From a virus (lineage: Duplodnaviria; Caudoviricetes), in IMG/VR virus record IMGVR_UViG_3300037248_000049, positions 810 to 64,809 of that record: DNA of 64,000 bases; one strand, 5' to 3'. The notes beneath the pieces were generated by a model, which was not told where the DNA came from, did no database searches, and saw only the letters and a program-made list of their open reading frames with translations. Below are positions 25,501 to 36,002 of the stretch, one piece after another (the first letter of the stretch is position 1; every line of letters begins with the position of its first letter). The translations under genes and the position numbers were made by a program.

Positions 25501-27198
25501 TCCGTCGCTGATTGCGGTCCCGACCCCTACGGGCGCGGTCGAGCCGGACGTGCAGTTGGCGTTCGGCTGGTAGGCATTTCCGAGCGAGCTTACCGTGCTG
25601 CTGGTCGTGTAAGGGGTGCTCGCCGCCCATGCCGACAGCCCGGCGTCAACGGGATAGCCCCACACCTGGTAGCCGTTCTTGACGCTGTCGCCGGCGTATT
25701 GGCAGACCTGCGACGTGGTGGCGCCCAGGTTGGTGCAGAGCGGCACGCTGGTCGTGCCGGAGAAGATGGCGCCGAGGTCGAAGTAGAATGTGCCGCTGCC
25801 GACAGTCGGGCATCCCGAGCCGGGCGTGTTGACGACGACGCCATTCGGCCAGGTAACCCCGGACCCGTTGACGTAAGAGGTGAACGACAGCACCGGGGCC
25901 GTGCCCGAGCACCCTTGGACCGTCACGGTGAGGCCGCCGCAATTCGACCCTCCCCCGCCGCAATTAAACCCGAGGATGGGGTTGTCGTTTATGACGCCGC
26001 TGCTGACCGCACCACTGCCGGACGGCACGACGATCCCGGCGAGCATTCCCTGCGTAATGTTGTTGACGGGGACGTAAGCCGTCGTGACATCGGTCAGCTT
26101 GACCTTGAAATCGGTCCCGGAGAAGTCAGTCGATAGGCTTCCGCCAGTGACGCTCGGCCAACCGCCGGAGCAGTCGAGTGTCCACGAGACAGTGGAATAG
26201 GTGTCGGAGGCGATGTTGGTCGGCTTGAACCCCGAAAATGAGAAGAACCGCGTCGAGCCGTCCTCCCAGGTGTCCGCGAAGTCGCTGGCGCTCCATTGCG
26301 CGAGCGTCACGCCGCCAATGCTGGGGTCCGCGTGGCAGCCGCTCGGCACCGCGCCCTTGGGGAAGTAGACCCCGGAGTTGACCGGCGTTACACCGCTAGG
26401 CGACGCGGAGCCGCTGTTGTTGAAAAACGAGTTCGTCTCGACGAACGTGCCGCCGGTAATCGTGAACGCCTGTTGCTGCGGGCTGTTCGATATGCCGGCT
26501 TGCGAGATCGAGAGACACACCTGATAGGTGCCGGCCGCCAGCGTGGTCGCCAGCTCGAGGTTCCAGGACGGCGCGCTGCCGGCGACCTGGAAATCGGCGT
26601 TGTTCGCCCCATTCGTCCCGTTGCATGTGGCGCCCGTCGTGGCGAGCACGACCGTTCCCGTGGTCGCGGGCGAGGCCGGCGACATCGGCGCGGTAATCTG
26701 CCCGACGATTGTTCCTGTTCCCAGGCCGCCCGTGAAGGTCGTGTTGGACAAGCTCGGCGCCGGAGTGACAAAGGTCTGCGCGGCCGGCGGACTGCACGTC
26801 ACCACGACAGCCTGCGTGTATGGCGATCCGCCGAGCCCGGCCTGCGTCGCGACGATGTTCAGGTTCAGCGTCGTCGTGCTGCCGCAGGTCGGCGTGCTAC
26901 CGTTGGTCGTCAGGTTCGCCGGCAGGGTCGTGCTCGACAGCGAGAAGTCCGCCGCCGCAGTCCCGGTCAGCGACAGCGTGCCGGTAAAGAGAGGGGACAT
27001 CGGGCTCAGCGTCACCGCAACGGCGGCGATCACCGTTCCCGAACTCGCCCCGCTCGTATAGCTGCCGGTTGACGGCGAGACGCTGGCAATCGACTGGCCT
27101 GCCGTCGGCGATCCGCCCGTAAAATGCAGTAAACGGGCACTAGCCGGCGAGAGCGCCGCGAGCAGTAAGACCAGCCATAACTGGACGACCCTCAACAC
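22591..27198 (-). CDS. Large exported multidomain protein: cadherin/Ig-like repeats, CBM-like repeat, PL26/YetA-like core
   Basis: Signal peptide ending ASA; GVYFPKGAVP..WEDGSTR; AWAASTPY..ISDGSCSW; VRASAWG helical-barrel motif. Confidence 0.7.
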   Translation of the reverse strand: MLRVVQLWLVLLLAALSPASARLLHFTGGSPTAGQSIASVSPSTGSYTSGASSGTVIAAVAVTLSPMSPLFTGTLSLTGTAAADFSLSSTTLPANLTTNGSTPTCGSTTTLNLNIVATQAGLGGSPYTQAVVVTCSPPAAQTFVTPAPSLSNTTFTGGLGTGTIVGQITAPMSPASPATTGTVVLATTGATCNGTNGANNADFQVAGSAPSWNLELATTLAAGTYQVCLSISQAGISNSPQQQAFTITGGTFVETNSFFNNSGSASPSGVTPVNSGVYFPKGAVPSGCHADPSIGGVTLAQWSASDFADTWEDGSTRFFSFSGFKPTNIASDTYSTVSWTLDCSGGWPSVTGGSLSTDFSGTDFKVKLTDVTTAYVPVNNITQGMLAGIVVPSGSGAVSSGVINDNPILGFNCGGGGSNCGGLTVTVQGCSGTAPVLSFTSYVNGSGVTWPNGVVVNTPGSGCPTVGSGTFYFDLGAIFSGTTSVPLCTNLGATTSQVCQYAGDSVKNGYQVWGYPVDAGLSAWAASTPYTTSSTVSSLGNAYQPNANCTSGSTAPVGVGTAISDGSCSWKTVIQPVWFHAIVEAWKNSGGGIWGYSVAIESDNAVYSAGGTIQNWTFNADLLNNSTELYGAANGNTGYTGINMVASGGAWWFVDTAGLPFWVVGGSLSSSTAYNNVVASLTTSDKTYLHASHILPPLQQITMVSNTLPATDDHDWMGATFMACPYVPYSFDCNDDVSDSGQAGDHGWLGAETTVNAWHYEVEDTAPDGGASFAQSGRVGALGNDGQIGGPREPLTSNPVNWIPNGASGWTKPGRFTDPVRPNAGMGSTVGPPTQFDMAWGLDEPYGGSGGGAFDVQHFGNFAIYPYITEGRRYMLFELDFNGTLVDMNIYAPQARNVAFNGNTYYTEGPVQGSVRASAWGMHAFEPVALFDYNEPDGQMAYYKTVQAWDAYAAWFPYVGSGTAGTTSPTAISKGYSMTANGLYIPFIGYTTPLSPPAPYGGIMQEFFTEGYADLEIENEYMHLGGAIPALVTVADAVFNNFAMPDLSQCIYNAFVYVFPTFVSTTTLQPLTSWDATTLQAGNAYIQYNRNGNALNYEAGSDVFLAGYTANTAEGWWAFPVASSSGSTITVNSNTDNGTVVQATTSATSASNVLNFSGGPAFSDNAQYVFDLTNPSAIPSGTRVSAVGTTTVTISNTVTVASGDLINFYNPGGTATIIDGSEVYDLTTPANVPWGTYVTGSTGLTGLTLSGSVTMPASISTTTTAAATVATTTVTVASNAGIVPGQLVLDVSNPNVTPHYFSNGSNISVKSISGTTVTLQQTAQGSWQWECTTNMPCPASGDQLVFYDQLGFSPRNDYPDPGPQPSTVSTPWPTGTIVTLANIDQAHGTTPNDYQSGAFPFTATDGMGHSIAITEGQQFIWTQVGSSGTQGTLTTLSTATPPSAVIYPANTGASQFGFITGLSCPAPSYGDIESGNDYQNPVGRGAEGYGMANWWEALTGSNPTTTAAIASTLTQVAPISTIFNTNPRWLYDNHF

Positions 27199-30100
27199 CC
27201 GTACCCCGCTGAGTACGTGCAACCTAAGAGCCAATAGGGAACGGCCCCGCCAGCAGTCGCATTGATCGGGTTGTAATTGGTGATCGTCGTATCGGCGTCG
27301 GTAAAATCTCCCAACACTGCCTTGGCATAGCTCGCATCGGCCTGGTACTCGGCGAACCGACTGTCGCTTCCAGCGCGGCCAGTCACAATCTCCCAATTGG
27401 CATTACCGCTAGGACACGAGGCGTTCGGCACGATCCCCCAATTGGATTGCGTATTGGCCGTGAAGGTCAGCACTCCGGTACACGATCCGCCCGAGAATCC
27501 CGTTGCGACCTCCCCGTGGGTGGCATCGGTCGGGCAGTAGTAGTACCAGGTTCCCTCTACGGCCGGAGGCGGCGGCCACGGCCCGACGTTGTATCCATTG
27601 GGCGTCATCAGGACCTCGCCGCCCTCATCGACGTTCGCGGGAGTAATTCGCGACCCCGCCGGCATCGGCGTTCCAGACGACAGAGGGTAGTCGGTCGTGT
27701 TTCCTCCGACGCTGGTGAGAACGCTGGACCCGTTAGTCGTCGTCCAACCGCCCTGATGTTCGGGGATGATGGCGCTGAGCATTGGCTGCTGCGGATTGGT
27801 CGGATCGGTGCTGTTCCAGCCCGGTATCGGAGTTAGACCACCGATTGTCGTCAGGAGTTCGTCAGGCACATAGTCGATTGTGTTGTAAGGGCACGATTGA
27901 CCCGTTTCCTTGACGAAGTAATTCCGCACCATGTAGGTGATGATCTGGTCCAGGTCAGGAAACGTGTGGTCGTACCACTTGTACTCTTTCAGCAGCTCCA
28001 TGACCCAGTACCCGGCCATGAATTGTGCCAGCACCTGATTACCGCCGCAGCTCTGGTACTGACCCATCGTAGCGAAGCTGGCTGAGCGCGTGTCGCCGGT
28101 TGGGCCGTATCCATTGCCGCACTGGCCGACGAACTCGATGACACGCCTGATGATCGCGTAGTCGATGCCGTTCAGGTATTGGTAATACGACTGATCAGGT
28201 TCGGAGGTTGGAAGGAAAATCGCGGCCTGCGCTATTGCCGACATCGACCAGGCTACTTGCCTAACGCCATCTCCGGTGCAGCCAGCCGTCGGCGTCGTAA
28301 CTGGCGACGTGCCGGTGCTGAAATAGATTTGGCGATCGGTCGTGTAGCACTCGATGGCCGCCGCGGATGCGGCATCGTCCATCGCACGCAGTACCCAGCG
28401 CTCGCCCTCGATCATGTAGTCAAGCTGGAAGTGCCCCGAACCCCAGTGACCCCAGTCGAGCACGGTCTGACCGGCTGTCTGTGTCAGGGGCGTGGCGCCG
28501 CTGGCAGTCATGTCGTAGGTCGATGCGGTCGTCCGCACTGGGGTCATAACGGATGCGGAAGACCAGCCCGAGGAGCCGATGTAGTTCACGGCGTACCCAG
28601 TCGCCGGCTCCTTGTTGCCGGCGGTGATCGCGTTCTGCCCCGCTGCGGCCATACGCATGCTCTCGAGCCATCCCCAGCCGTGGTCCGACGCGATCGGGGC
28701 GACGAGATACCACATGGCCTCATTGAGCGGCAGCGGGCCGACGAAGTTGTGCGAGCCGCCGTTCCCGAGCACCAGGACCGCATCCACGCAATCGAAACCG
28801 AATGGATAGTAGGAACACTCGTCGGTAGACCCGTTCTGCGTTCCCGTCTCTGTCAGCACCTGCGGCGTGACGAGGCTCGACGTGCGCGCGTTGTCGTCGT
28901 AGGGCGGGATCAGCCCCGTACCTTTCAGGTAAGCCTCATCCCCGGTCGTCGGCGTCGGGAAGACTGCCTTCAATACTGCGTCATTGGCCGAGAGCGCCCC
29001 TGTCGAATCGAAATTGTCGACCTGGTTATTGGCATCGTTCGTCAGCCAGCCGCCGAACAGCGGATGCTGAATGCCCTCGTACTCCGGGTTGGCCGTCACC
29101 CCACTGCCGCCGCACCAGCCCCGGATCGGAGCCGAGCCGTTCTGCCAGCACGCATCATACATCCAGCTCGGAACGGTCGTGCTGGCTTGGTAGAAGCCGG
29201 AGCTTATCATCCCGTTCGCACGAAACCCGTAGGTCGTGCCGTCGACGTTCTTCAGGTGCTCGACGATGATGTCGTAGGCCAGCCACGGATGCGGCGCGCC
29301 TCCGGTATTGTCCAAGCACGGGCCGCGAGCCTCCCATGCGTCATCGAGCGGCCCCTTTTTGAACTGGACCGCAGTGGACGCCGTCGTATTGAACTCGCAG
29401 ACGTAGCTGCCGGAGCCGTCGACGGCGCAGCCTGAACCGCCACTGACGACGCTTGCCGACGCGGCCAGGTTAGTCGACCCGCTGTAGGTCACGTCGACCA
29501 CGGGCGCTACCGAGCATCCGTAAATCGTCCCGACCGCCTGAGTGCCGCACCCGGCCCCGGAATTAGTACAGTCGTAGCCCAAGGTGGCGACGGTGCCGCC
29601 CAGGCCGCCCGCGTAGCGCACGAACGCGCTTGTGACAGCGCCGCCGCTGACGTGCCAGCCTATTGCATTGTAAGGCGGGACGCCCGGCAGATTGGACGTG
29701 ACCTGCGACTCATTGTTTAGCTCGACCTTGTAATCCGTGGCGCCAGTCACGTCGGCGACCGTGCCGGAGGACGTGTTGTTGTAGCTTCCGAGCTGGGAAG
29801 TCCAGGTGATTTGTTCCGAGCCTCCCGCCGTCAGCTGAGGCAGAAAGAACGTGAACACCCCGCCGCGCAGCGACCCGTCAGGCCAATACACAAGTTCATC
29901 GGCCTGGTAGAGAACAGGCGACCCGCCGACGGTCGGAACCGCGATATAGCCCGTGGGCACAACTCCAAGGGCGAACCAAGCCGGCTGCTGCTTGGGGAAG
30001 CAAGTGTTGCCGCTGGTGACGCAGGTCTGTTTCGCAGCCGTCGGAGTCGTCGAGCCGGACGTATTCGTGACCGTCATCGTATAGACGACAGAGCTTCCGC

Positions 30101-30389
30101 TGCTCGGCGGCGATCCGCCATGGACCTTGATCAGCAGTGCCGCATCGAGCGGCCCGGCGGCGGCCAGGATCAACAAAAGGGCGAGCCAAAGACGCTGAAT
30201 GTATGTACGATAGCAGCTGGCGCGGCTCAGGGCCGCGATCCCGGAGGCAAAACGTGAAGCATCTTCGCTCGAACGACGCCGGGCTGTGGCAGATTTTGCG
30301 CGGATTCTGGTGGATGATCCGGTCTTACCGCACGCTGCGGCGACACCAGCTGCCGCTGCCGCCAGGGCCGTAAGGATGTTCCGCGTCAT
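27192..30389 (-). CDS. Large exported PL26/YetA-like protein, paralog of 22591-27198
   Basis: LWLALLLILAAAGPLDA signal after a basic leader; YQADELVYWPDGSLR; VRQVAWS. Confidence 0.7.
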   Translation of the reverse strand: MTRNILTALAAAAAGVAAACGKTGSSTRIRAKSATARRRSSEDASRFASGIAALSRASCYRTYIQRLWLALLLILAAAGPLDAALLIKVHGGSPPSSGSSVVYTMTVTNTSGSTTPTAAKQTCVTSGNTCFPKQQPAWFALGVVPTGYIAVPTVGGSPVLYQADELVYWPDGSLRGGVFTFFLPQLTAGGSEQITWTSQLGSYNNTSSGTVADVTGATDYKVELNNESQVTSNLPGVPPYNAIGWHVSGGAVTSAFVRYAGGLGGTVATLGYDCTNSGAGCGTQAVGTIYGCSVAPVVDVTYSGSTNLAASASVVSGGSGCAVDGSGSYVCEFNTTASTAVQFKKGPLDDAWEARGPCLDNTGGAPHPWLAYDIIVEHLKNVDGTTYGFRANGMISSGFYQASTTVPSWMYDACWQNGSAPIRGWCGGSGVTANPEYEGIQHPLFGGWLTNDANNQVDNFDSTGALSANDAVLKAVFPTPTTGDEAYLKGTGLIPPYDDNARTSSLVTPQVLTETGTQNGSTDECSYYPFGFDCVDAVLVLGNGGSHNFVGPLPLNEAMWYLVAPIASDHGWGWLESMRMAAAGQNAITAGNKEPATGYAVNYIGSSGWSSASVMTPVRTTASTYDMTASGATPLTQTAGQTVLDWGHWGSGHFQLDYMIEGERWVLRAMDDAASAAAIECYTTDRQIYFSTGTSPVTTPTAGCTGDGVRQVAWSMSAIAQAAIFLPTSEPDQSYYQYLNGIDYAIIRRVIEFVGQCGNGYGPTGDTRSASFATMGQYQSCGGNQVLAQFMAGYWVMELLKEYKWYDHTFPDLDQIITYMVRNYFVKETGQSCPYNTIDYVPDELLTTIGGLTPIPGWNSTDPTNPQQPMLSAIIPEHQGGWTTTNGSSVLTSVGGNTTDYPLSSGTPMPAGSRITPANVDEGGEVLMTPNGYNVGPWPPPPAVEGTWYYYCPTDATHGEVATGFSGGSCTGVLTFTANTQSNWGIVPNASCPSGNANWEIVTGRAGSDSRFAEYQADASYAKAVLGDFTDADTTITNYNPINATAGGAVPYWLLGCTYSAGYGC

Positions 30390-32116
30390 GGCATTAGCGC
30401 GAATTTCATAGAGCGCGTGCCGGACGCACCGTTCGAGTCCTGCGTCCACGAGCCGCCGGTGCTCGTGTAGGTGCTGCCGTTGGCGGAGCCGTAAGCGTTG
30501 TTGTTATCGTAGGTAAAAGTTACGGTGCCATACCCGTTGTTGTTCCCGGCTTGGATAATTATTGCATATTGACCCGCAGTCAGCGTGGCCGGCGAGGACC
30601 AGGTGAACAGGGTATCCTGCGGCGACCAAGACAGGGTGCTTCCAGCGACAACCGCAGAGGCCACTGTCGCGCCAGGAGCGGTTCCGGTCCAAGGCGCCAG
30701 CGAGACGGTCACATTTGCCGAAGAGTTGGCAACGAACCCGTTACAGTCGGAGCTGACCGTCCCGCAATTGATCCCGATGACCAGATGCACGCCATGCGTC
30801 GTGCCGGATGGTGCGGTAATGACCTGCAACTTTGACAAGCCGCTGGATATGCCGTTGCTGCCAGCAGCGCTGTTGTAGGTTGGCGTCGCTCCGTTAATCA
30901 GGTAATCCTGAACAGTCGCCCCGCTCGGGGGGCTGGGCGGTGCTGCGGCTGTTCCTCCTATGAGGGTCGTGGCCGGCACGCAATTCGAGATCGACAGCGA
31001 CGTGCCGGAGACGGTGATGATCCCGAAATAATTATTGCTCAGCGCCTGGTTTGGGTAGCCGTCCGCCGTATCTCCCTGCGCCACTCCAGATGTCGCAAAG
31101 AGCGCGGAATGAAACAGGATGTAGGTGTTCCCGCCAAGCGTCGCGGTATCGTCAAGGAACGGCTGGCCGCCACAGCTTAGCGCCAACAGAGTCGATCCCG
31201 CAGTGGGGGCCGCTGCCGTCAGGCTGGATGGACTGGCGAAATAGTAATATGTGACCCCTACGCCATTGCAATACAGGCATGGCGCCGTACCCTTCGTGAA
31301 GAATACGTTGTTGCCGCTCTGAAATTCGCCGTTTCCTTCGCACTCATATCCAAACCCAGGGCCGAAAGTGCCGGTGCCGGTCAGGCCGTTGGAGGTCAGC
31401 TGCTCGATGTGGCAGGTGAACGTTGAATCATTATAGAGGATGTAATGGTTTCCGCTCCAGTCGAACGGCACCACGTCGTCAAATGGATAGTTGGCGCCAC
31501 CCTCTAATGTGGGGGCGGTTCCTGGGTTGGCGCAATCGGTCGACCCTCCTTCACCTATGCCGCCGGGATGCGCACATGATACCAGCCCAAGCGGAACAGA
31601 GGTCTGGCCGTAGACCAAGAACCAAAGATTAAACTGCCCGGTGTTCGTGTTGTAGGCCATCCTGGGCTCGTCGCACCACTTGAAGGCTTCGGCGCTTTGG
31701 CAGATAGAGGCCCAATTCGTCGCGGAGTTAGACGGGTTGAACACATGCCCGATCGGCGTCCACTGCACGCGGTCGGTAGACTTGTAGACATTGAAGCCGC
31801 AGAACGGCGTGTTGAGTGCGGAGTCGAGAAGATACCCGCATGAGAAGTCAGTCGCGTAGCCATAGAATGTCCCGGCCGGGCAGTTCGCCCATCCGGCTTG
31901 ACATTGTAGGATCGTGCCGTAGAAGCCGCCGATCTGGTTGCCGGACGTGTCGAACAAGGCGACTTGGTTAGCCGGCGCAGTGCCGATCCCATCAAAGTTC
32001 TCAATGACGGGCGGAGCGCCAGTCCCCCCGTAACCGCCGTTCGGCCTTATCAGGATATGCCCGTCAGCCGATACCGACAACAGCAGCAACAGGCATGCGA
32101 GCGCTCTGAAAAGCAT
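30386..32116 (-). CDS. Exported GH43-like five-bladed propeller protein with C-terminal beta domain
   Basis: Signal peptide; GFNVYKSTDRVQW, EPRMAYNTNTGQFNLWF, YECEG. Confidence 0.65.
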   Translation of the reverse strand: MLFRALACLLLLLSVSADGHILIRPNGGYGGTGAPPVIENFDGIGTAPANQVALFDTSGNQIGGFYGTILQCQAGWANCPAGTFYGYATDFSCGYLLDSALNTPFCGFNVYKSTDRVQWTPIGHVFNPSNSATNWASICQSAEAFKWCDEPRMAYNTNTGQFNLWFLVYGQTSVPLGLVSCAHPGGIGEGGSTDCANPGTAPTLEGGANYPFDDVVPFDWSGNHYILYNDSTFTCHIEQLTSNGLTGTGTFGPGFGYECEGNGEFQSGNNVFFTKGTAPCLYCNGVGVTYYYFASPSSLTAAAPTAGSTLLALSCGGQPFLDDTATLGGNTYILFHSALFATSGVAQGDTADGYPNQALSNNYFGIITVSGTSLSISNCVPATTLIGGTAAAPPSPPSGATVQDYLINGATPTYNSAAGSNGISSGLSKLQVITAPSGTTHGVHLVIGINCGTVSSDCNGFVANSSANVTVSLAPWTGTAPGATVASAVVAGSTLSWSPQDTLFTWSSPATLTAGQYAIIIQAGNNNGYGTVTFTYDNNNAYGSANGSTYTSTGGSWTQDSNGASGTRSMKFALMP

Positions 32117-35100
32117 CAGGTGCCTTGCTGGGTAAGCGTGCAGCTCGTCTGGCCCGCTAAGCTCGTCGGCGTAGCTTGGAGGTCGTCGACGCGGATGCCG
32201 GTCACGGCGCTGCCGGTCGGAAAAGAACCTGTGCCGCCTACCGTGTAGGTGACCGTTCCGTTGTAATTGTACTCGTTATATGTAATGATCTTGCTAGCGT
32301 CATTGCTGGCCCCTGTCGATGTTGCCAACCCAAGCATGTTAACAACAAAACTGGTGCCAATAGTTCCTGTGGTGGCAGATGAATTACCTATAAATCCATT
32401 TGTCGCAGGGGACGTAATCTCCGACGGTGCGGTTGCAGAATTTGTATAGAACGAATTATTGACGTAACCAGTCGTTTCCCAGCTTCCGTCATAGAATTGA
32501 ATGCCAACCTGGTTGGTGGCACCGGCAATGATATTACGGCACTGAAGGAGGTAGTTGTTTCGACTGAGGCCGGTATAGGCGACACAGGCCGTTGAGCCGG
32601 GGCAGTTCGCGCCCGTGGCCGCCGCCTGCGTCCACACGCACTGCCCCGAGTAGGTCGAGAGCGTGAAACCGGAGTCGCAGGTAGCGCCGCCGCTGCCGCT
32701 CCCGGTGCAGCCCTGCGACCCGACCGCGATCGTGTAGGTCCCGGCGCCGCCGTTGGTCGAAAGCACCTTGCCGATGACCTGGCCGCTCGACGGGCAAGTG
32801 GCCGCCCCGGTGTCGTGCCCGTCGCCCGCTGTCGTCGAGCTGATCTGGACGTAATCCCCGGCGGTCGTCGCCCCGTCGAAGGCGAGGCTGGCCTGCCCTT
32901 CCTTGGCAATCTGGGCATTACCGCTCGTTCCGGCGCCGGCCATGACGACGCCTGAGATTCCGTTTGTATCGGTCGTCGCGGCGATGACCGCCGTGGCCCC
33001 GACAATCTTGGCGAGCTTGTTGACCGTCGTCCCGGTCGTCCCGGCATTCGTCACGTCAGTCGTGAAGTAGCTGGTCGCAATGTCGAGCGGCCCGGTAATG
33101 CCAATGCCGTTTGCGCCGGGGCAGGTATTTGAAGACGGAAGGTCCAGGCAGCCGTTGGAGCCGAGGGTCATGTTGTTGACCGGGCTCGTCGAGCCACTGA
33201 GCGTCGTGCCCCAGGTGATCGCTGTCGGCGTCGAGCCGGTAGACCAGGTTCCCGTCGTCACGAAAGACATATTCGCTTGCGAGCCGGTCGTATAGGCCGA
33301 GCCATTGTAGCCACGGCCGGCGACAGCGAGGATCGTCGAGCTTCCCGCGAGAGCAGTTGGAGACGCGACGGTGCCGCTCGTTGCATACCCCGTAAAGACA
33401 ACGTTAGCGCCGTTGCTCGCCAGCGCATTGTACCCACTGTTGCTGCCGTCTACGGCAACATCGAGCACCCCGCCACCTGTCGGCGTCAGGCCGGACGGAA
33501 CAGAAGCGGTATTGAAGTTACCGTTGAGGTTGTTGCCGCTGTCATAAAGCCACTTCGGCTCAAACGACACGGCGGTTCCGGTCGTCGCGTAGTAGGTCGC
33601 CGCGCCGGCCACGGTCGAGTTGTTGACCGTTCCCGAGCCACCCCCACTACAGAGATTGCCGGCGACGTTGATCGTCCCGGAGCCGTTGGTCGTCACGGTC
33701 GCCACACACCCGGCATTGACCGCGACGGAACCGCCGGCACCCGTCGTGCCCGCCGCCGACGTGATCACGTCCGGCGAGGTCGCCGCGATCGTGCCTGCGT
33801 TGATCGCGTTGATGACCACCCCGCCGTTTGACGGCAAGGTCGTCGATACCGGCACCGTCGATGTCAGGCTCGCGGAATTGAGGTTGATCGTCTGTCCCCA
33901 CGCGAACTGCGCCACGGTCGGCGATGCGCCGGTCCCGGAGGTCGATGTCGTCGCCTGCGTGACCCCGGCCCCGACGATGGTCGACTCGACGTAGCAGTTC
34001 GCCGAGATCGGCGCCGGGCACGAGGTCTCGGCCTGGAAATCGTAGACCTGGCCGTTGTTCAGCAATTCGCCGCCGCCGAGCGCCTGGAGGCCGGTCGGGG
34101 TCATCTTCGCCACCGCTGCGGCCGAGGTGCCGTTGACGCTCAGTGTGGTCGCCCCGGTGTTCGCCGTGCCGATCGTCGAGCGGACGACATAGCCGTTGGT
34201 GAAGACAAAGCCGGTCGGCGCCGTGGTCGCGAGGGTCTGCGCGTTCGCCGAGCCGGCTGTCGGGCCGCCGACGAAGATGACCGCAGTGCCGCCGCCGGAA
34301 CCGCAAGCAGCCCCGGCATCTTCTATCCCAGGCCCCCATTCCAGGCAGTGCCCTGTAGTGACAGAGCCGTCCTGCGTAGTGAACGACCCGGTATTTCCTG
34401 GCGTTATTGCCAGCGCCGCAGCAACGCCCGTGCCCAGCCCCGAGAGGCCCGTCGAGACCGGCAGGCCCGTCGCGTTCGTCAGCGTCGCGGAGGAAGGCGT
34501 GCCAAGCGCGGGCGTCACGAATGTCGGGGAAGTCGTCAGCGAGATGGCGCCGGAGCCGTTTACCGCAACCCCCAAGGCCGTCGCGACCCCGGTGCCTAGA
34601 CCAGAGACGCCCGTAGAAATCGGAAGCCCGGTGCCGTTTGTGAGCGTGCCTGACGACGGAGTTCCGAGTGCGCCGCCATTGACGACAAATGCTCCGGCGC
34701 TCCCAACGTTGTCGCCGAGAGCCGTCGTGACGCCGGTGCCGGGAACGACCGTGCCGGCAAGTCCGGTTCCTGATGCCCAAATGCCGAATGCGCCAGTAGA
34801 AATCGAGCCGGAGGTCGAGACATTCCCGCCGCCCGACGGCGTGGCCCATGTCCCATCGCCGCGCCAGAAGGTTGACGATGATGCTGACGTGCCGGAATTA
34901 AGATTGCCTACTGGCAAATTGCCCGTTACGCCGCCAGCACCGCCTGCCGCCAGGTTAATTGCCGGCAAGTCGGCGCCAACCAGCGCGCGCGGCGACACGG
35001 CACCTGCCGACCCGTTCGGCGAGGCCAAAACCTCATTTGCGGTTTCGCTCGTCCCGGTGATCGCCAGCGTGCCCGAGCTTGTGACCGGGGAGCCGCCAAC

Positions 35101-35493
35101 AGTGAGCCACGCGGGGGTCGTCAGCCCGACGCTGGTAACGGTGCCGGCGCCCGAGGGTGTGGCCCACGTGCCGTCTCCGCGCCAATACGTTGACGACGAG
35201 GCTCCAGTGCCGGAGTTCAGGTTCCCGACCGGCAAATTCCCCGTCACCCCGCCGGCGCCACCGACCGCCAGGTTAATTGCCGGCAAATGGGCGTTCATGT
35301 ACGTCGAGAGCTGCGCGGCCGAGGCTTGCACCGAGGGAACCGAGGAGCTGCACCCGTTTGTCGCACAATCCTGAAACGTATCGGTTCCCGATACCGACCC
35401 GACAGCGGTCATTTGCGAGATGTACTTGTTCTGCGCCCATGCCGGCGAAGACAGCAGCGCCACAATGGCGACCAGCGACCAAAAAAGGCGCAT
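32116..35493 (-). CDS. Exported fibre-like protein with internal repeats and DUF2190-like domain
   Basis: Signal ending AWA-Q; [24 protein letters not shown] twice; LGTPSS.TLTN.TGLP twice; [14 protein letters not shown]. Confidence 0.75.
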   Translation of the reverse strand: MRLFWSLVAIVALLSSPAWAQNKYISQMTAVGSVSGTDTFQDCATNGCSSSVPSVQASAAQLSTYMNAHLPAINLAVGGAGGVTGNLPVGNLNSGTGASSSTYWRGDGTWATPSGAGTVTSVGLTTPAWLTVGGSPVTSSGTLAITGTSETANEVLASPNGSAGAVSPRALVGADLPAINLAAGGAGGVTGNLPVGNLNSGTSASSSTFWRGDGTWATPSGGGNVSTSGSISTGAFGIWASGTGLAGTVVPGTGVTTALGDNVGSAGAFVVNGGALGTPSSGTLTNGTGLPISTGVSGLGTGVATALGVAVNGSGAISLTTSPTFVTPALGTPSSATLTNATGLPVSTGLSGLGTGVAAALAITPGNTGSFTTQDGSVTTGHCLEWGPGIEDAGAACGSGGGTAVIFVGGPTAGSANAQTLATTAPTGFVFTNGYVVRSTIGTANTGATTLSVNGTSAAAVAKMTPTGLQALGGGELLNNGQVYDFQAETSCPAPISANCYVESTIVGAGVTQATTSTSGTGASPTVAQFAWGQTINLNSASLTSTVPVSTTLPSNGGVVINAINAGTIAATSPDVITSAAGTTGAGGSVAVNAGCVATVTTNGSGTINVAGNLCSGGGSGTVNNSTVAGAATYYATTGTAVSFEPKWLYDSGNNLNGNFNTASVPSGLTPTGGGVLDVAVDGSNSGYNALASNGANVVFTGYATSGTVASPTALAGSSTILAVAGRGYNGSAYTTGSQANMSFVTTGTWSTGSTPTAITWGTTLSGSTSPVNNMTLGSNGCLDLPSSNTCPGANGIGITGPLDIATSYFTTDVTNAGTTGTTVNKLAKIVGATAVIAATTDTNGISGVVMAGAGTSGNAQIAKEGQASLAFDGATTAGDYVQISSTTAGDGHDTGAATCPSSGQVIGKVLSTNGGAGTYTIAVGSQGCTGSGSGGATCDSGFTLSTYSGQCVWTQAAATGANCPGSTACVAYTGLSRNNYLLQCRNIIAGATNQVGIQFYDGSWETTGYVNNSFYTNSATAPSEITSPATNGFIGNSSATTGTIGTSFVVNMLGLATSTGASNDASKIITYNEYNYNGTVTYTVGGTGSFPTGSAVTGIRVDDLQATPTSLAGQTSCTLTQQGT

Positions 35494-35495
35494 CC

Positions 35496-36002
35496 CTAAT
35501 CTCCTACGCATGTCGTCGTGTCGCCGCCGGCCAAGGTGCAGCTTGTGGTGTCGCCGCCGACCAGCACGTAACCGCTGCTGCCGCCGCCGCCGGGAGCCCA
35601 CTGCGAGCCGTTCCAGACGAGGGACTGGCCTATCGTGGGCGCCGTTGACGCCACCGGGCGGCCCTGCAACCCGACGACCGTGGCCGGCACGGAGCCCGTG
35701 CCCGATGCCGTCACGTCCTGCGTGAGCGCCGAGAGGCCGGTCGAGCAAAGCGTGTCGCCGAGCAATGTCCCTTTGGTGTTCGCCCACGTAGCGCAATGGC
35801 CCAAAGTCGTTGCCGCCGGCCCGACCACGCCGCCCGTCGTAAACGGGAATTGGTAATTGGTCCCGTTGATGTTGAAGTACAGCGGCAGCGGGGCGGCGCC
35901 AGCATAGGAATTGTAGCTCAGGAACGCGCCGGTCGCCGGCGTTTGTGCGTGCGCGGCGCCAATGACAACTGCCGTCAACAGAACCGCGACAAGAAATTTC
36001 AT
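35496..36002 (-). CDS. Small exported fibre-associated protein
   Basis: Signal ending AHA-Q; [16 protein letters not shown]; [13 protein letters not shown]. Confidence 0.75.
   Translation of the reverse strand: MKFLVAVLLTAVVIGAAHAQTPATGAFLSYNSYAGAAPLPLYFNINGTNYQFPFTTGGVVGPAATTLGHCATWANTKGTLLGDTLCSTGLSALTQDVTASGTGSVPATVVGLQGRPVASTAPTIGQSLVWNGSQWAPGGGGSSGYVLVGGDTTSCTLAGGDTTTCVGD

Noticed and set aside
34420-35290. Diversity-generating retroelement TR/VR pair
   Set aside because: Repeats are in-frame protein repeats with synonymous, not adenine-specific, differences, and no reverse transcriptase is present.
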